A model generated the notes under the pieces. The model did not search any database and was not told the origin of the DNA. It saw nothing but the letters and a program-made list of their open reading frames with translations. The position numbers and the translations under genes are program-made. A stretch of 64,000 bases of DNA from an uncultured Muribaculaceae bacterium (GTDB lineage: Bacteria > Bacteroidota > Bacteroidia > Bacteroidales > Muribaculaceae): NCBI GenBank assembly GCA_947525975.1, contig CANNVE010000004.1:71278-135277 (forward strand). The letters run 5' to 3'. Shown here in pieces: positions 45,687 to 56,782 of this stretch; within the stretch, counting starts at the first letter, position 1; each line of letters opens with the position of its first letter.

Positions 45687-47820
45687 GCACCTCCCCTACG
45701 CATTTAAGCGCCCGCGAAGCGTCAGCGCATGGCACCGAGAAGCGACGGGTGGCGCGGTCATAGCGCATAGGGTATTTCAGATTGTCGGCCACCTCCTTAA
45801 GGTCGACCTTCCCTCTGAGCGATTCGGCGCGGCGGAACAGCTCCACCCTGTATCGGCATCTACCGCCTTCTTCCCACACCAGCGCCACCGTAGCGTTTAG
45901 GGTGGAATGGTCGATCTGGAGCGATGACTGTCCGTGAGGCTTGGGCGCATTCCACCTATCTTTGTCGATGTGCAGCCGGCGCCCTTCCACCCACCATTGG
46001 GTGGCTCCGGCCTGCAGATAATAGATGCCTATGAATGGGGCGCACGGACGCAGCAGCTGGCGCTTGCGGCAGCCGTCGAGCACGCCGGGATCGCTTATTA
46101 TGAAATGATACGGATATTCGACGTCGGAAAACCTTGCCGCGAGCTCGTCAAGGCTCATGTGCGCCGTGTGGTCTATCAGTTGGCGCACAATGCCCGGAGC
46201 GTCAGTCATCAGGCGCTGCCAATCATAGTCCTTCCAGCAAAGGGAAAGCACCATGTCGCCCCGTCGCACTATGGGATACGCCCTGTGCCTCAGCGCGAGA
46301 AGGGCACGCCTCACAGGGTCGAGGGCGTCGCATCGGTCTATGTCGGTGCCCCATATCTCATAAATGCGGTCGATGTAATAGGCAAGCTTTTCCATCGAGA
46401 ATCGCCCGGCGCGTGCTTGCCGTCGGCGCGGCTCGGCCTCGGCGTCCTTCTCGCGGCACCATGACACCACCTTCGCCACCCTGCCCCTGAGCATGGGATG
46501 CTCCTCGCCGCGCCGCAGCAGCGACTGGAGTGCCGGGGCGAAATTGCAATCGCGCAAGAGCTGCAGCTTTGCCCTCTCTTCATCATTGATGATCTTTGCG
46601 GGCAAATGGCGCATGTCGAGCGCCGAGACTATATCAGGCGTAGGCATGCGGCTGACGAGGTCTGAAGCCTGCTGCCGATCAGCAGCCCCTGTCTTCTGAT
46701 AGCGAGTGTAGTTGCACAGCAGATGCCCGAGGCGTTCGATGTCGCAGTTGCGCGCCCTGTCGCCAAACCGAAGCAGATAGCGCAGCATCGGCACGGCGGC
46801 GAAGTCATTGGCCATGTCGACGCCGCATTCCACACAGCGCGCATAAGCGTCAAACACCGGCGAGAGTTCATCTGTCAGGAAGGTCCTCGCCGCTTCGTCA
46901 GGCTTGCCCGCGGACGAGGCCTGAAGCCCGATGGCAAGCTTCAGAAATGCGTCCATCGACAGAGACCGGTGGCGCCAGAACCAATCCTCCATCTCATTCC
47001 ATCTCTTGGCCACCGACATTGCGTCAGCCTCAGACACAAGCCCTATCGCCAGCGCGCGCAGATTCTGGGCCAGGGTGAGCGGATGCCCCGTGGTGTTGAT
47101 GGTGATGAAGACACGCTCGGCTGCCGAGCGAGATCCCATGTCAAAATACCTGAATGTCACGTCAGTCACAAGAAATTCGGCGAAGGCCTCGAAATCGAAT
47201 TCCGGATTCCGGTCCAATTCCTTCTCTATAGCCGCATCTATGCTGCGTATGGCTCCGAGAAACGCCCGGGCGTTGGTGTCGGCATCATACGACTTGAAGT
47301 ACCACTTGCTTTGCTCTATCTGCGAAAGGCGGCCTGAGCGCGATAGAAAGAATTTTGACACCAGGTCAGAAAGGAAATACATGGCCTCTGACTTGCTTTG
47401 GTACTGCAGGCGCGGCATCACGTCTCCGTCGGCCGTCTCCGACACCAGATATGCCCTGTAGGCATGCCCCACCTCTGTGTCTGGAATGCGCCTGTACACC
47501 ATGCCCATCAGCAGATAAAGAGTGGTCAGGCGCTGCTGTCCGTCGATGATGTTGACGGCGCCGCTCCCCTTCGGATATTCATACCCGTATAGCATGCCTA
47601 TCGACACTGGCCCTCCGCCGCTATCAGCGGTTGACTTATAGATATGAATCAGGCCATCTACAAAAAGCGTGCACTTATGCACTTCGATCGGGGAAGTTGT
47701 TTTTTCAAGGCCCCAGCAATAATCACGCTGCATGTCTGGAATCACGGGATTGGATCCTCCGCCAAGGAGACCGCCCATAGTGATCATCGAGGCTTTTGCG
47801 CAGGCATTATCTATATCCAT
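45664..47820 (-). CDS. DUF262 (GmrS/ParB-like NTPase) domain protein without a recognisable HNH motif
   Basis: IPDMQRDYCWG, IIDGQQRLTTL, FITINTTGHPL. Start placed at ATG 47820, overlapping the upstream stop by 14 nt. Confidence 0.85.
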   Translation of the reverse strand: MDIDNACAKASMITMGGLLGGGSNPVIPDMQRDYCWGLEKTTSPIEVHKCTLFVDGLIHIYKSTADSGGGPVSIGMLYGYEYPKGSGAVNIIDGQQRLTTLYLLMGMVYRRIPDTEVGHAYRAYLVSETADGDVMPRLQYQSKSEAMYFLSDLVSKFFLSRSGRLSQIEQSKWYFKSYDADTNARAFLGAIRSIDAAIEKELDRNPEFDFEAFAEFLVTDVTFRYFDMGSRSAAERVFITINTTGHPLTLAQNLRALAIGLVSEADAMSVAKRWNEMEDWFWRHRSLSMDAFLKLAIGLQASSAGKPDEAARTFLTDELSPVFDAYARCVECGVDMANDFAAVPMLRYLLRFGDRARNCDIERLGHLLCNYTRYQKTGAADRQQASDLVSRMPTPDIVSALDMRHLPAKIINDEERAKLQLLRDCNFAPALQSLLRRGEEHPMLRGRVAKVVSWCREKDAEAEPRRRQARAGRFSMEKLAYYIDRIYEIWGTDIDRCDALDPVRRALLALRHRAYPIVRRGDMVLSLCWKDYDWQRLMTDAPGIVRQLIDHTAHMSLDELAARFSDVEYPYHFIISDPGVLDGCRKRQLLRPCAPFIGIYYLQAGATQWWVEGRRLHIDKDRWNAPKPHGQSSLQIDHSTLNATVALVWEEGGRCRYRVELFRRAESLRGKVDLKEVADNLKYPMRYDRATRRFSVPCADASRALKCVGEVLRAFACD

Positions 47821-49465
47821 AGTAGAGCTTAAGGTTTTTGATGGTGAGGTTGTAATTGTCGACGATCTGCCTTTCGCGCCATTCATTCCCGGCGAATACG
47901 CAGACACTGTGCAGGAGGTTGCGGCTTTGGAACACTCCAAGGTCGCCCGGCGTCAGAAACATCATTTTTTTCCGAGAGAATGAGGCGTTGCCGAATTCCA
48001 CGTTGTTCTGTCCGTAAAGCAGCACGAGATTGCCTATGCAATGCTCCGAGAGCGGCATGCCGTCGAAGTTGACTATGCGGTCGCGACGCATGTATGAGCT
48101 GTCAGCCTCGAGCTGCCTGGCTGACATGGATATCTCATTGTCATTGCCGTCGAGCGCGCGTCCGTCGCTCCCCCGGTGCCAGACCTTCGACTTTGAGAAT
48201 ATATGCTCAAGAGACCGGTTGCCCCATATCGAGAAATCGAAGCGTCGGCCAAGCTTAATGTCTTCGTCGATGTTAAGCCGCAGCAGCAGGTTGAGCGCAT
48301 CGCGCTTCGACTCTGTGCGGTAGACATCAGCCATGCTGATCGAGGCGAGAAGCTCCTCAAATCTCGCAGTGGTCGAGTCTTTCCGGCCTATCTCATCGTA
48401 GGTCATGCCAAGGAACGAGTATTTATATATATCCTCGAGCGACGATTTGCCCACCGAGGCTGTCACGAAATAGTCATGAAGGAAATCGAAACGCGAATGC
48501 TCGTCTTGCAGGAGCAGGATAGCGCGGATGCGGTTATATGACTCCGGCGATGAGAGAGCGTCCTCAAATCTTTTCTGAGCCAGGCGCAGACGCATGAAGA
48601 AGCGCAGAGCCTTGCTCGCCGGCGACACTTTCACGCTGTCGATGTTCTTCCTGAACTCTTCATACACAAGAGGCCCGGCAAAGCCGGCGTCGCCCCTCGA
48701 CCTGAGGCATAGCCTCAACAGCAGATCGATTGGCTGCGGTTTGATGGCGCCGCCGGGCACATCCCAGTCTGCCTTGAAAAATTCTATCACATCGGCGCTG
48801 TTCCACCATCGGGTCCAATTTTCCCACTCGGCGGCATAGCGCGTGCGCACGGCATCTGCAATCGGGTCAGCCTCATCGCTCCCGCATAGATTGAGCAGCC
48901 GGGCTTTTATGAGATCGCATTGGTGGAGTTGTGACTTAGTGCCGTTGACCATCTTGTAGGCCACAAGCGATGGCGCTCCTTTTTCTGACCTTACCAGCAG
49001 GAAACTCACCTTATCATAAATATACTCCACAAATCGGTCCCGGTCAAGCCCGGTCTGGGCGATGACCGCATTTATTATCTTGAGAGTTTTCTCGAAATAA
49101 TACACATCCTGCGAGGCTGAAGGCGCCACATTCCCACCCTCCATCCAGGATTGAGCCGCAGGACGGCAGGCATAATGCAGGGCGAATGCTTCAGGCCGCC
49201 CAAGCCTCATGAGCAGAAGCCGCAGAAAGGTCAGCCGCTGCTGTCCGTCGACTATTTCGTCGCCGGCGAGAGTGATGCTCTGCAGGAAGCATTCTTCGCC
49301 TGCGGCGTATGCTGACAGCAGGTCGCCGATCATGCGGGTGGCCGAATCAGGTGCGCCATCGGCCCGAGGCTCTCCCCACACATAGCGCCGCTGATACAGG
49401 GGCACGGTGAACCTGCCTCCTACCGTACATATCAATTCTCTGAATGACATTCTGCTTGAAACCAT
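47807..49465 (-). CDS. DUF262 + DUF1524 (HNH) GmrSD-family restriction-endonuclease-like protein
   Basis: VPLYQRRYVW, IVDGQQRLT, LIKARL; C-terminal SLEHIFSK...IGNLVLL...NVEFGNASFSRKK. Confidence 0.87.
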   Translation of the reverse strand: MVSSRMSFRELICTVGGRFTVPLYQRRYVWGEPRADGAPDSATRMIGDLLSAYAAGEECFLQSITLAGDEIVDGQQRLTFLRLLLMRLGRPEAFALHYACRPAAQSWMEGGNVAPSASQDVYYFEKTLKIINAVIAQTGLDRDRFVEYIYDKVSFLLVRSEKGAPSLVAYKMVNGTKSQLHQCDLIKARLLNLCGSDEADPIADAVRTRYAAEWENWTRWWNSADVIEFFKADWDVPGGAIKPQPIDLLLRLCLRSRGDAGFAGPLVYEEFRKNIDSVKVSPASKALRFFMRLRLAQKRFEDALSSPESYNRIRAILLLQDEHSRFDFLHDYFVTASVGKSSLEDIYKYSFLGMTYDEIGRKDSTTARFEELLASISMADVYRTESKRDALNLLLRLNIDEDIKLGRRFDFSIWGNRSLEHIFSKSKVWHRGSDGRALDGNDNEISMSARQLEADSSYMRRDRIVNFDGMPLSEHCIGNLVLLYGQNNVEFGNASFSRKKMMFLTPGDLGVFQSRNLLHSVCVFAGNEWRERQIVDNYNLTIKNLKLYYGYR

Positions 49466-49598
49466 AATCCCGATGTATTCTTTTCCGCTAATATAACAAT
49501 TTTATTCGAGATTGTAGCGGTTTGTCCGTGATTAAATCAAAAAAATCAAGCGCGCCCCTCTTTGGGACGCGCCTGGCATTGCGTTTGTCGAATTTCGA

Positions 49599-49982
49599 TT
49601 ACTGCAGGTTGGGCATGGGACCGTACTGGCTGTCACCTTCCTGGCTGGGCTGAAGCATGAAATAGAGGATGATGAGACCGCCGATGAAAGGCACTAAGTT
49701 CACCAGAAGCCACCAGCCGCTGCGGCCGGTGTCATGCAGGCGGCGCACTCCGAGCGCGATGCTGGGCACGAGGATGGCCAAGCCATAGATCCAGCCCAGG
49801 ATGGGAATGCAGCAGATGATCGTTGAGAGCGCCCACCACCAGTATTCCGAGCGGCTTGCGCGACCGTTGAAGTTTGCGTAGTTAGAGAAGCCGCGCTTCA
49901 GAGCCTCGCCGAAGCCCACCTGACGCTGCACGGCGCATCCCTGCTGGGCGTAAGCGCCGTAGTTCTGTACGTTTTGTTCCAT
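49599..49982 (-). CDS. DUF805 inner-membrane protein
   Basis: FSNYANFNGRASRSEYWW, VRRLHDTGRSGWW, YGP. Confidence 0.92.
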   Translation of the reverse strand: MEQNVQNYGAYAQQGCAVQRQVGFGEALKRGFSNYANFNGRASRSEYWWWALSTIICCIPILGWIYGLAILVPSIALGVRRLHDTGRSGWWLLVNLVPFIGGLIILYFMLQPSQEGDSQYGPMPNLQ

Positions 49983-50096
49983 TATTGAAGAAATGATTTA
50001 GGTTGATTTTTTGATTATGTATGCAAATTTAATGCTTTTTCATCAGATTTCACCCAAACTTCCCGATTTTTTTGCGAACCATGCGGTATTTTACAC

Positions 50097-50132
50097 AAAA
50101 AGCGCGCCGACCTTGCAGGGCCGGCGCGCTTT
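50097..50132 (-). terminator. Intrinsic terminator of the mmd operon
   Basis: AAAAGCGCGCCG...CGGCGCGCTTT just after the beta-subunit stop. Confidence 0.8.
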
Positions 50133-50152
50133 CAATATCTGATGTCTAAAAA

Positions 50153-51304
50153 TCAGGCGAGGAATCCGAGGAGCACGCCGGCGGCAACAGCCGAGCCGAT
50201 CACGCCGGCCACATTCGGGCCCATAGCGTGCATAAGCAGATAGTTGCTGGGGTCGTACTCCAGACCGAGGTTGTTCGAGATGCGGGCCGACATAGGCACA
50301 GCCGAAACGCCGGCATTGCCGATGAGCGGGTTGATCTTCTTGGCCTTCGGAAGCACGAGATTGAAGAGCTTGACGAAAAGCACGCCCGAAGTCGAAGCGA
50401 TGATAAACGCCATGAAGCCGAGGAAGAAGATGAAGATGGTCTGCGAAGTCAGGAAGTGCGATGCCTGCGTAGAGCAGCCCACGGTGAGGCCGAGCAAGAT
50501 GGTCACAATGTCGGTGAGGGCATTGCTTGCGGTCTTGGCCAGGCGGCTTGTGACGCCGCACTCGCGCAGCAGGTTGCCGAAGAAGAGCATGCCGAGCAGC
50601 GGCAGACCCGAGGGCACCACGAAGCAGGTGAGGAGCATGCCCACGATGGGGAAGATGATCTTCTCGTTCTGCGAGACGGCGCGGGCGGGCTTCATCTTGA
50701 TCAGGCGCTCGTTCTTGGTGGTGAGCAGTCGCATGATAGGCGGCTGTATCACCGGCACAAGAGCCATATAAGAATAAGCCGAGACTGCGATAGCGCCCAT
50801 CAGGTTGGGAGCGAGCTTCGACGACAGGAAGATAGCCGTGGGGCCGTCGGCGCCGCCGATAATGGCGATTGCGCCGGCCTGGTCAGGAGCGAAGCCGATG
50901 GCAAGAGCCACCATGTAAGCGCCGAAGATGCCAAACTGCGCCGCTGCGCCGATGAGCATAAGCTTGGGATTGGCGATCAGGGCCGAGAAGTCGGTCATGG
51001 CGCCGATGCCAAGGAAAATCAGAGGGGGATACCAGCCGCGGGCCACACCATCGTAAAGGATGTTGAGCACGGAGCCTTCTTCATAGATGCCGATCTCGAG
51101 GCCGGCGGTGGTGTTGAAAGGCACATTGCCGATGAGGATGCCGAATCCGATGGGCACGAGCAGCATAGGCTCGAAATTCTTCTTTATGGCAAGCCAAATG
51201 AAGAAGAGACCCACGGCAAGCATCACGAAATTGCCTATTTCGCAGTTAGCGAATCCGGTCAGTTCCCAGAATCGCTGCAGGTTGCCTTGAAGGAAATCAT
51301 TCAT
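50153..51304 (-). CDS. mmdB: Na+-translocating decarboxylase beta subunit
   Basis: FEPMLLVPIGFG, IIGGADGPT, AYSYMALVP, GNAGVSAVPM, HAMGPNVAGVIGSA. Confidence 0.93.
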   Translation of the reverse strand: MNDFLQGNLQRFWELTGFANCEIGNFVMLAVGLFFIWLAIKKNFEPMLLVPIGFGILIGNVPFNTTAGLEIGIYEEGSVLNILYDGVARGWYPPLIFLGIGAMTDFSALIANPKLMLIGAAAQFGIFGAYMVALAIGFAPDQAGAIAIIGGADGPTAIFLSSKLAPNLMGAIAVSAYSYMALVPVIQPPIMRLLTTKNERLIKMKPARAVSQNEKIIFPIVGMLLTCFVVPSGLPLLGMLFFGNLLRECGVTSRLAKTASNALTDIVTILLGLTVGCSTQASHFLTSQTIFIFFLGFMAFIIASTSGVLFVKLFNLVLPKAKKINPLIGNAGVSAVPMSARISNNLGLEYDPSNYLLMHAMGPNVAGVIGSAVAAGVLLGFLA

Positions 51305-51322
51305 AACGCGTATGCTTTATGA

Positions 51323-51757
51323 TTATTCAAGGGTGATGAGCGCTGCGCCTTCAAGCACAGAGTCTCCGGCGCTGACGTTGATCGATGCCACCTTGCCGTC
51401 GCGTCCGGCGTGGATGGCGTTTTCCATCTTCATGGCTTCGAGCATAACCACTGTGTCTGATGCCTTGACGGTGTCGCCGACCTTCACCGAGATCGACAGC
51501 ACCACGCCGGGCAGAGGAGCCTTGATGGCGAATCCGCCGGCTGCCGAAGCCGCGGGCTTGGATATCACCTTCTCGCCGGCTGCCGTGCGCGGAGCGGGAG
51601 CGGCCTTGGGAGCAGCCACCTTCACTGACTTCTGGTCTTCGGCGAGCTCTACGTTGTAGGGAATGCCGTTCACCTCGACATGGGCGGTCTTGCCTTCTAT
51701 GTCGCCAATGGCAACCTTGTAGGTGTTGCCGTTGATTTTATATTTATATTCTTTCAT
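51323..51757 (-). CDS. mmdC: Biotin carboxyl carrier subunit
   Basis: Ala/Pro-rich linker; KAPLPG; EAMKMEN. Confidence 0.92.
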   Translation of the reverse strand: MKEYKYKINGNTYKVAIGDIEGKTAHVEVNGIPYNVELAEDQKSVKVAAPKAAPAPRTAAGEKVISKPAASAAGGFAIKAPLPGVVLSISVKVGDTVKASDTVVMLEAMKMENAIHAGRDGKVASINVSAGDSVLEGAALITLE

Positions 51758-51803
51758 TGCTGTTTTAGGAATTAAAATATGCGCTTTTGATTATGCACGT
51801 GAT

Positions 51804-52718
51804 TTAGTGGGGCAGCTGGCGCAGGTTGTAGATCTTTGAGTTCCAGGGTGAGTATGCGCGCTTGACCTTGTTGATTGTGAGCACGGTGCTCTCTGTGTCG
51901 TGGGCATTGAGATGCTGATAGAGAGCCATGCAGATTGCGGCTATCTCTTCGCCCGAGTCATGCTCCACATCTTTTGCGGTCACTGCCGTCGACTCGCTCT
52001 TTGACTGGGCCTTGGCCTTGTTCTGGCGAGAAACGGTGGCGCCGATCTTGCTGATGATCTTGAATGCGATGCACAGCAGCAGCAGAGCCGAGAACACGAT
52101 GCCCATGGCCATCACCGCCATGCCGAAGCCGTTGGGGTCATAGTGGGCGAAATCCTCCACCTTGCGGTTGGTGTCGCGGATGGTGTTTTCGCCGCCGGGG
52201 GTGATGTAGAGAGTGGGCGTGCTGCCGTCGCGCACCTCCCATGTCTCATTTCCGTCTGCGTCGATCACGCAAGCGTATGATGCGCCTGCGGGGAGCGAAG
52301 CCGGGATAGTCACCTCGTCGATCAGCGTGAGGCCGTCGGCATCATAGATTCCCACCCAATTGTCCTTGCCGGGCTCGAGCGTGAAACTTGTGTGGAATGT
52401 GCCTTTGGTGGCGTCAGCGTCGGCGAAGAATATCACCATCTGGCGCTTGCCCATCTTGGTGCGCTCGTCGCCGAGCGGCACGGGATAGAGAGTCTTGTTG
52501 GTTGAGTCGTTGGTAAGATACACGCTCGAGATCTCAAGCGGGCCGAAGTTGCTGTTGTAAAGTTCGATCCAAGCTCCCCGGTTGCCGTACTCATCGACAA
52601 TGCTTGATTCGTTCTGCACCATCACCTCGTTGATCTTCAGAGCCTTGCGGTTTTGGGCGAAAGAGCATCCGAAGGCTGTCAACGCGGCAATGGCCAGCAA
52701 TAGACATTTTCTTTTCAT
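51804..52718 (-). CDS. OadG/MmdD-family membrane anchor fused to an N-terminal lamin-tail-like domain
   Basis: Signal peptide; KINEVM...WIELYN (LTD-like); TM AVMAMGIVFSALLLL; C-terminal EIAAICMAL...SPWNSK. Confidence 0.82.
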   Translation of the reverse strand: MKRKCLLLAIAALTAFGCSFAQNRKALKINEVMVQNESSIVDEYGNRGAWIELYNSNFGPLEISSVYLTNDSTNKTLYPVPLGDERTKMGKRQMVIFFADADATKGTFHTSFTLEPGKDNWVGIYDADGLTLIDEVTIPASLPAGASYACVIDADGNETWEVRDGSTPTLYITPGGENTIRDTNRKVEDFAHYDPNGFGMAVMAMGIVFSALLLLCIAFKIISKIGATVSRQNKAKAQSKSESTAVTAKDVEHDSGEEIAAICMALYQHLNAHDTESTVLTINKVKRAYSPWNSKIYNLRQLPH

Positions 52719-52724
52719 ACGCGG

Positions 52725-54278
<1,554 letters not shown>

Positions 54279-54370
54279 TATGATAGTGATTTAGATTGTT
54301 GTTTTGTTGACTTTGAATTTTGATCGGGCCCCTGAGGCGCGCTCTTCGGCGCATCGCTCGGGCATAATAA

Positions 54371-54420
54371 CATAATAGTGAATAAGCGATCCGTTCAGAG
54401 ATTACTTATTCACTATAATG
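54371..54420. repeat. 16-bp inverted repeat (1 mismatch) in the mce-mmdA intergenic region
   Basis: CATAATAGTGAATAAG (54371-54386) and CTTATTCACTATAATG (54405-54420), 18-nt spacer. Confidence 0.8.
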
Positions 54421-54430
54421 CGTTTGCCTA

Positions 54431-54850
54431 TTACTTATTGGGGTCTTCGCACAGCTCGATGAGAGTGCCGCAGGTCGACTTCGGGTGCAGGAAGGCGATG
54501 TTAAGCCCCTCAGCGCCCTTGCGGGGAGCCTTGTCGATGAGGCGGCAGCCCTTGCCTTCAGCCTCTGCCAGAGCGTTGGCCACGCCGTCGGCGATGGCGA
54601 AAGCCACATGCTGTATGCCGCCGCGACCGCCATTGTTTTCGATGAATTTCGAGATCGCGCTCTCAGGGGCAGTGCCTTCAAGGAGCTCAATCTTGGTCTG
54701 GCCGACTTTGAAGAATGCGGTGCGCACTTTCTGGTCAGCTACTTCCTCGATGGCGAAGCATTTGAGTCCAAGCATGTTTTCGTAGAAGGGGATGGCCTCT
54801 TCCAGGCTCGGCACTGCAATGCCGATGTGCTCAATGTGGGAAATTTCCAT
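54431..54850 (-). CDS. mce: Methylmalonyl-CoA epimerase
   Basis: IEHIGIAV, KIELLE, GIQHVAF, AFLHPKS, LIELC. Confidence 0.95.
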   Translation of the reverse strand: MEISHIEHIGIAVPSLEEAIPFYENMLGLKCFAIEEVADQKVRTAFFKVGQTKIELLEGTAPESAISKFIENNGGRGGIQHVAFAIADGVANALAEAEGKGCRLIDKAPRKGAEGLNIAFLHPKSTCGTLIELCEDPNK

Positions 54851-54949
54851 GATGAGTGGTTATTAATTGTGATTTAAAGTTCGAGACTCTTCTTCTCAAG
54901 CGGGCATCAACCTTTTTAACAAAAAAGCGCAGCCCGCCCTATTATTTTG

Positions 54950-54957
54950 CAAATATA
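54950..54957 (-). promoter_or_regulatory. -7 promoter box for mce-mmd
   Basis: Minus strand TATATTTG ~100 nt upstream of mce. Confidence 0.55.
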
Positions 54958-55044
54958 CGTATTTTTTTGTGACACACCCCCATTTATCTCAAATTAATTT
55001 GCAAAATTTTCAAAACGCGGCATCTTGCGCCGCGGCGCCTGGCG

Positions 55045-56334
55045 TCAGGCCTTGACGGTGATGATATGGTCAAGATTTGTGGTGTATTGCCTTGATATAT
55101 AAGAGCGTTGCAGATGCCACGCGCCGGAGTATCCCTGCACGGCCGCGCGCACGGTGTTGTATCCGTTGCGCCTGTTGATCGCGTCAATGGCCTCTGTGAG
55201 CCGACGCTGCCTGTCGCGGTCGATCCGGTCGAAAAGGCTGCCCTGCACGCAATCCTCCGGCACAATGTCCGACACTATCACGCCGGCCTTTTTGTAGAAG
55301 TATCCGTAGCCGTCTTTCACGCCCATCAGGTAGGGCCTGCCGCGCCAGTGGCGGCGCAGGCTCTCCACGGCGCCTTCCACTATCTCGGTCAGGGAGTTGG
55401 TGGCCACCGGAAACGTCACTATCCCCTGAAAGTAGTCACGCGGCAGCGAGGTGTTGAACATGCTCGTGTGGGCGAAAGCCAGCATCGTGCGGCACGCCGA
55501 GCCCTGCTCGCGCAGCTTTTTGGCGCACATGGCGGCGTGATTGGCCAAAGCCTGCTCGACATGGCTCAGCTCCTGCAGCCCTATGCCGGGCAGGCTGCGA
55601 CTCGTGCAGATGCTTTTCTTGCGCGGAAGCTCGTCGACCGATATGCACCCTGTGCCGCGCAGCTCGTGCCATGTGCGCAGCCCGGTCACGGCCATGTTGG
55701 CTTTTACCCAGGAGGCAGGCTTAAGCGTGAAGTCGTAAGCAGTGCGCACGCCTATGTCTTTAAGCCGCTTGGCATGGCGCCGCCCTATGCCCCACACATC
55801 GGCTATGTCACACAGCCGCAAAGCCTTCTCGCGCTTATCGTCACTGTCTATGACGCACACACCTCTGTATCCGGGATACTTCTTGGCGTATTTGCTCGCC
55901 ACCTTGGCCAGCGTCTTTGTCGGAGCCACGCCCACCGACACCGGCATGCCCGTGGCCTTGCCCACGTAAGCCACCATGCGGCGGCAATACTCGCCCACAT
56001 CGGGTATGCCGTCGAGATCAAGGAAGGCCTCGTCGATGCTGTATACGTCGATCTGCGGCGTATAGCGGGAGAGGATCGACATCACACGGCGGCTGATGTC
56101 GCCGTATAGCGTATAGTTTGACGAAAACACAGCCACGCCCTCGCGCTCAAGCCGATCCTTGACCTGATAGAACGGAGCGCCCATGTCAAGGCCCAGGGCC
56201 TTGCTCTCGTTTGAGCGGGCTATGATGCAGCCGTCGTTATTGGAAAGCACCACCACAGGCTTGCCCACAAGATCAGGATGGAATATCCTTTCGCATGAGC
56301 AATAGAAATTGTTGCAGTCAGCCAATCCGATCAT
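55045..56334 (-). CDS. umuC: Y-family DNA polymerase V catalytic subunit (with DUF4113-like tail)
   Basis: LADCNNFYCSCE, SNNDGCIIARS, SSNYTLY, YSIDEAF, GVAPTKTLAK, QGSLF clamp motif. Start moved to MIGLAD at 56334. Confidence 0.92.
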   Translation of the reverse strand: MIGLADCNNFYCSCERIFHPDLVGKPVVVLSNNDGCIIARSNESKALGLDMGAPFYQVKDRLEREGVAVFSSNYTLYGDISRRVMSILSRYTPQIDVYSIDEAFLDLDGIPDVGEYCRRMVAYVGKATGMPVSVGVAPTKTLAKVASKYAKKYPGYRGVCVIDSDDKREKALRLCDIADVWGIGRRHAKRLKDIGVRTAYDFTLKPASWVKANMAVTGLRTWHELRGTGCISVDELPRKKSICTSRSLPGIGLQELSHVEQALANHAAMCAKKLREQGSACRTMLAFAHTSMFNTSLPRDYFQGIVTFPVATNSLTEIVEGAVESLRRHWRGRPYLMGVKDGYGYFYKKAGVIVSDIVPEDCVQGSLFDRIDRDRQRRLTEAIDAINRRNGYNTVRAAVQGYSGAWHLQRSYISRQYTTNLDHIITVKA

Positions 56335-56341
56335 AGAGCGG

Positions 56342-56782
56342 TCACAGAAATTTGCGCACCACGCCGGTGACGACGCCCCATATGCGGAAATCATTGTTGG
56401 CGTCGACATGGATGGGACGATACTTCTTGTTGGCGGGTATCAGCCACGCCCCATTTCCGCTATCGTCAAGCTGGAATTTCTTCAGAGTGAACTCTCCGTC
56501 GATGTAGGCTACCACATAGTTGCCGTTGTGGGCTTCCAGAGCCTTGTCTATGATGACTATGTCGCCGTCGAAGATTCCGGCTCCCTCCATCGAGTCGCCG
56601 TCAACGCGGGCGTAGAATGTAGATTCCTTCTGGCGTATAAGCTCGGAGTTGAGGTCGATGCTTTCCGACAGATAGTCCTGCGCGGGTGAGGGAAACCCCG
56701 CCTTGACGCCGGCGTCGGCGTAAGGCAGGGTGATGTGCGAGTCGGTATCCGCGCGAAATATGCGTAACTTAGCCTCAGGCAT
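56342..56782 (-). CDS. umuD: DNA polymerase V accessory S24 autopeptidase
   Basis: KAGFPSPA cleavage region, GDSM serine, TLKK lysine. Confidence 0.92.
   Translation of the reverse strand: MPEAKLRIFRADTDSHITLPYADAGVKAGFPSPAQDYLSESIDLNSELIRQKESTFYARVDGDSMEGAGIFDGDIVIIDKALEAHNGNYVVAYIDGEFTLKKFQLDDSGNGAWLIPANKKYRPIHVDANNDFRIWGVVTGVVRKFL

Noticed and set aside
47821-47940. N-terminal extensions in the ORF track (DUF262 gene 2; likewise umuC, GH20, trpS and TPR)
   Set aside because: They overlap upstream genes or promoter boxes; the downstream ATGs match family starts or coupling.
49983-50090. Structured RNA leader upstream of the DUF805 gene
   Set aside because: The -7 box at 50031-50024 leaves only a ~35-nt AT-rich leader with no stem.
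50228-51322. 364-aa plus-strand ORF, and similar shadows such as 55108-56109, 8090-8917 and 17133-17990
   Set aside because: All are antisense to confidently identified genes and show the composition of reverse-frame translations.
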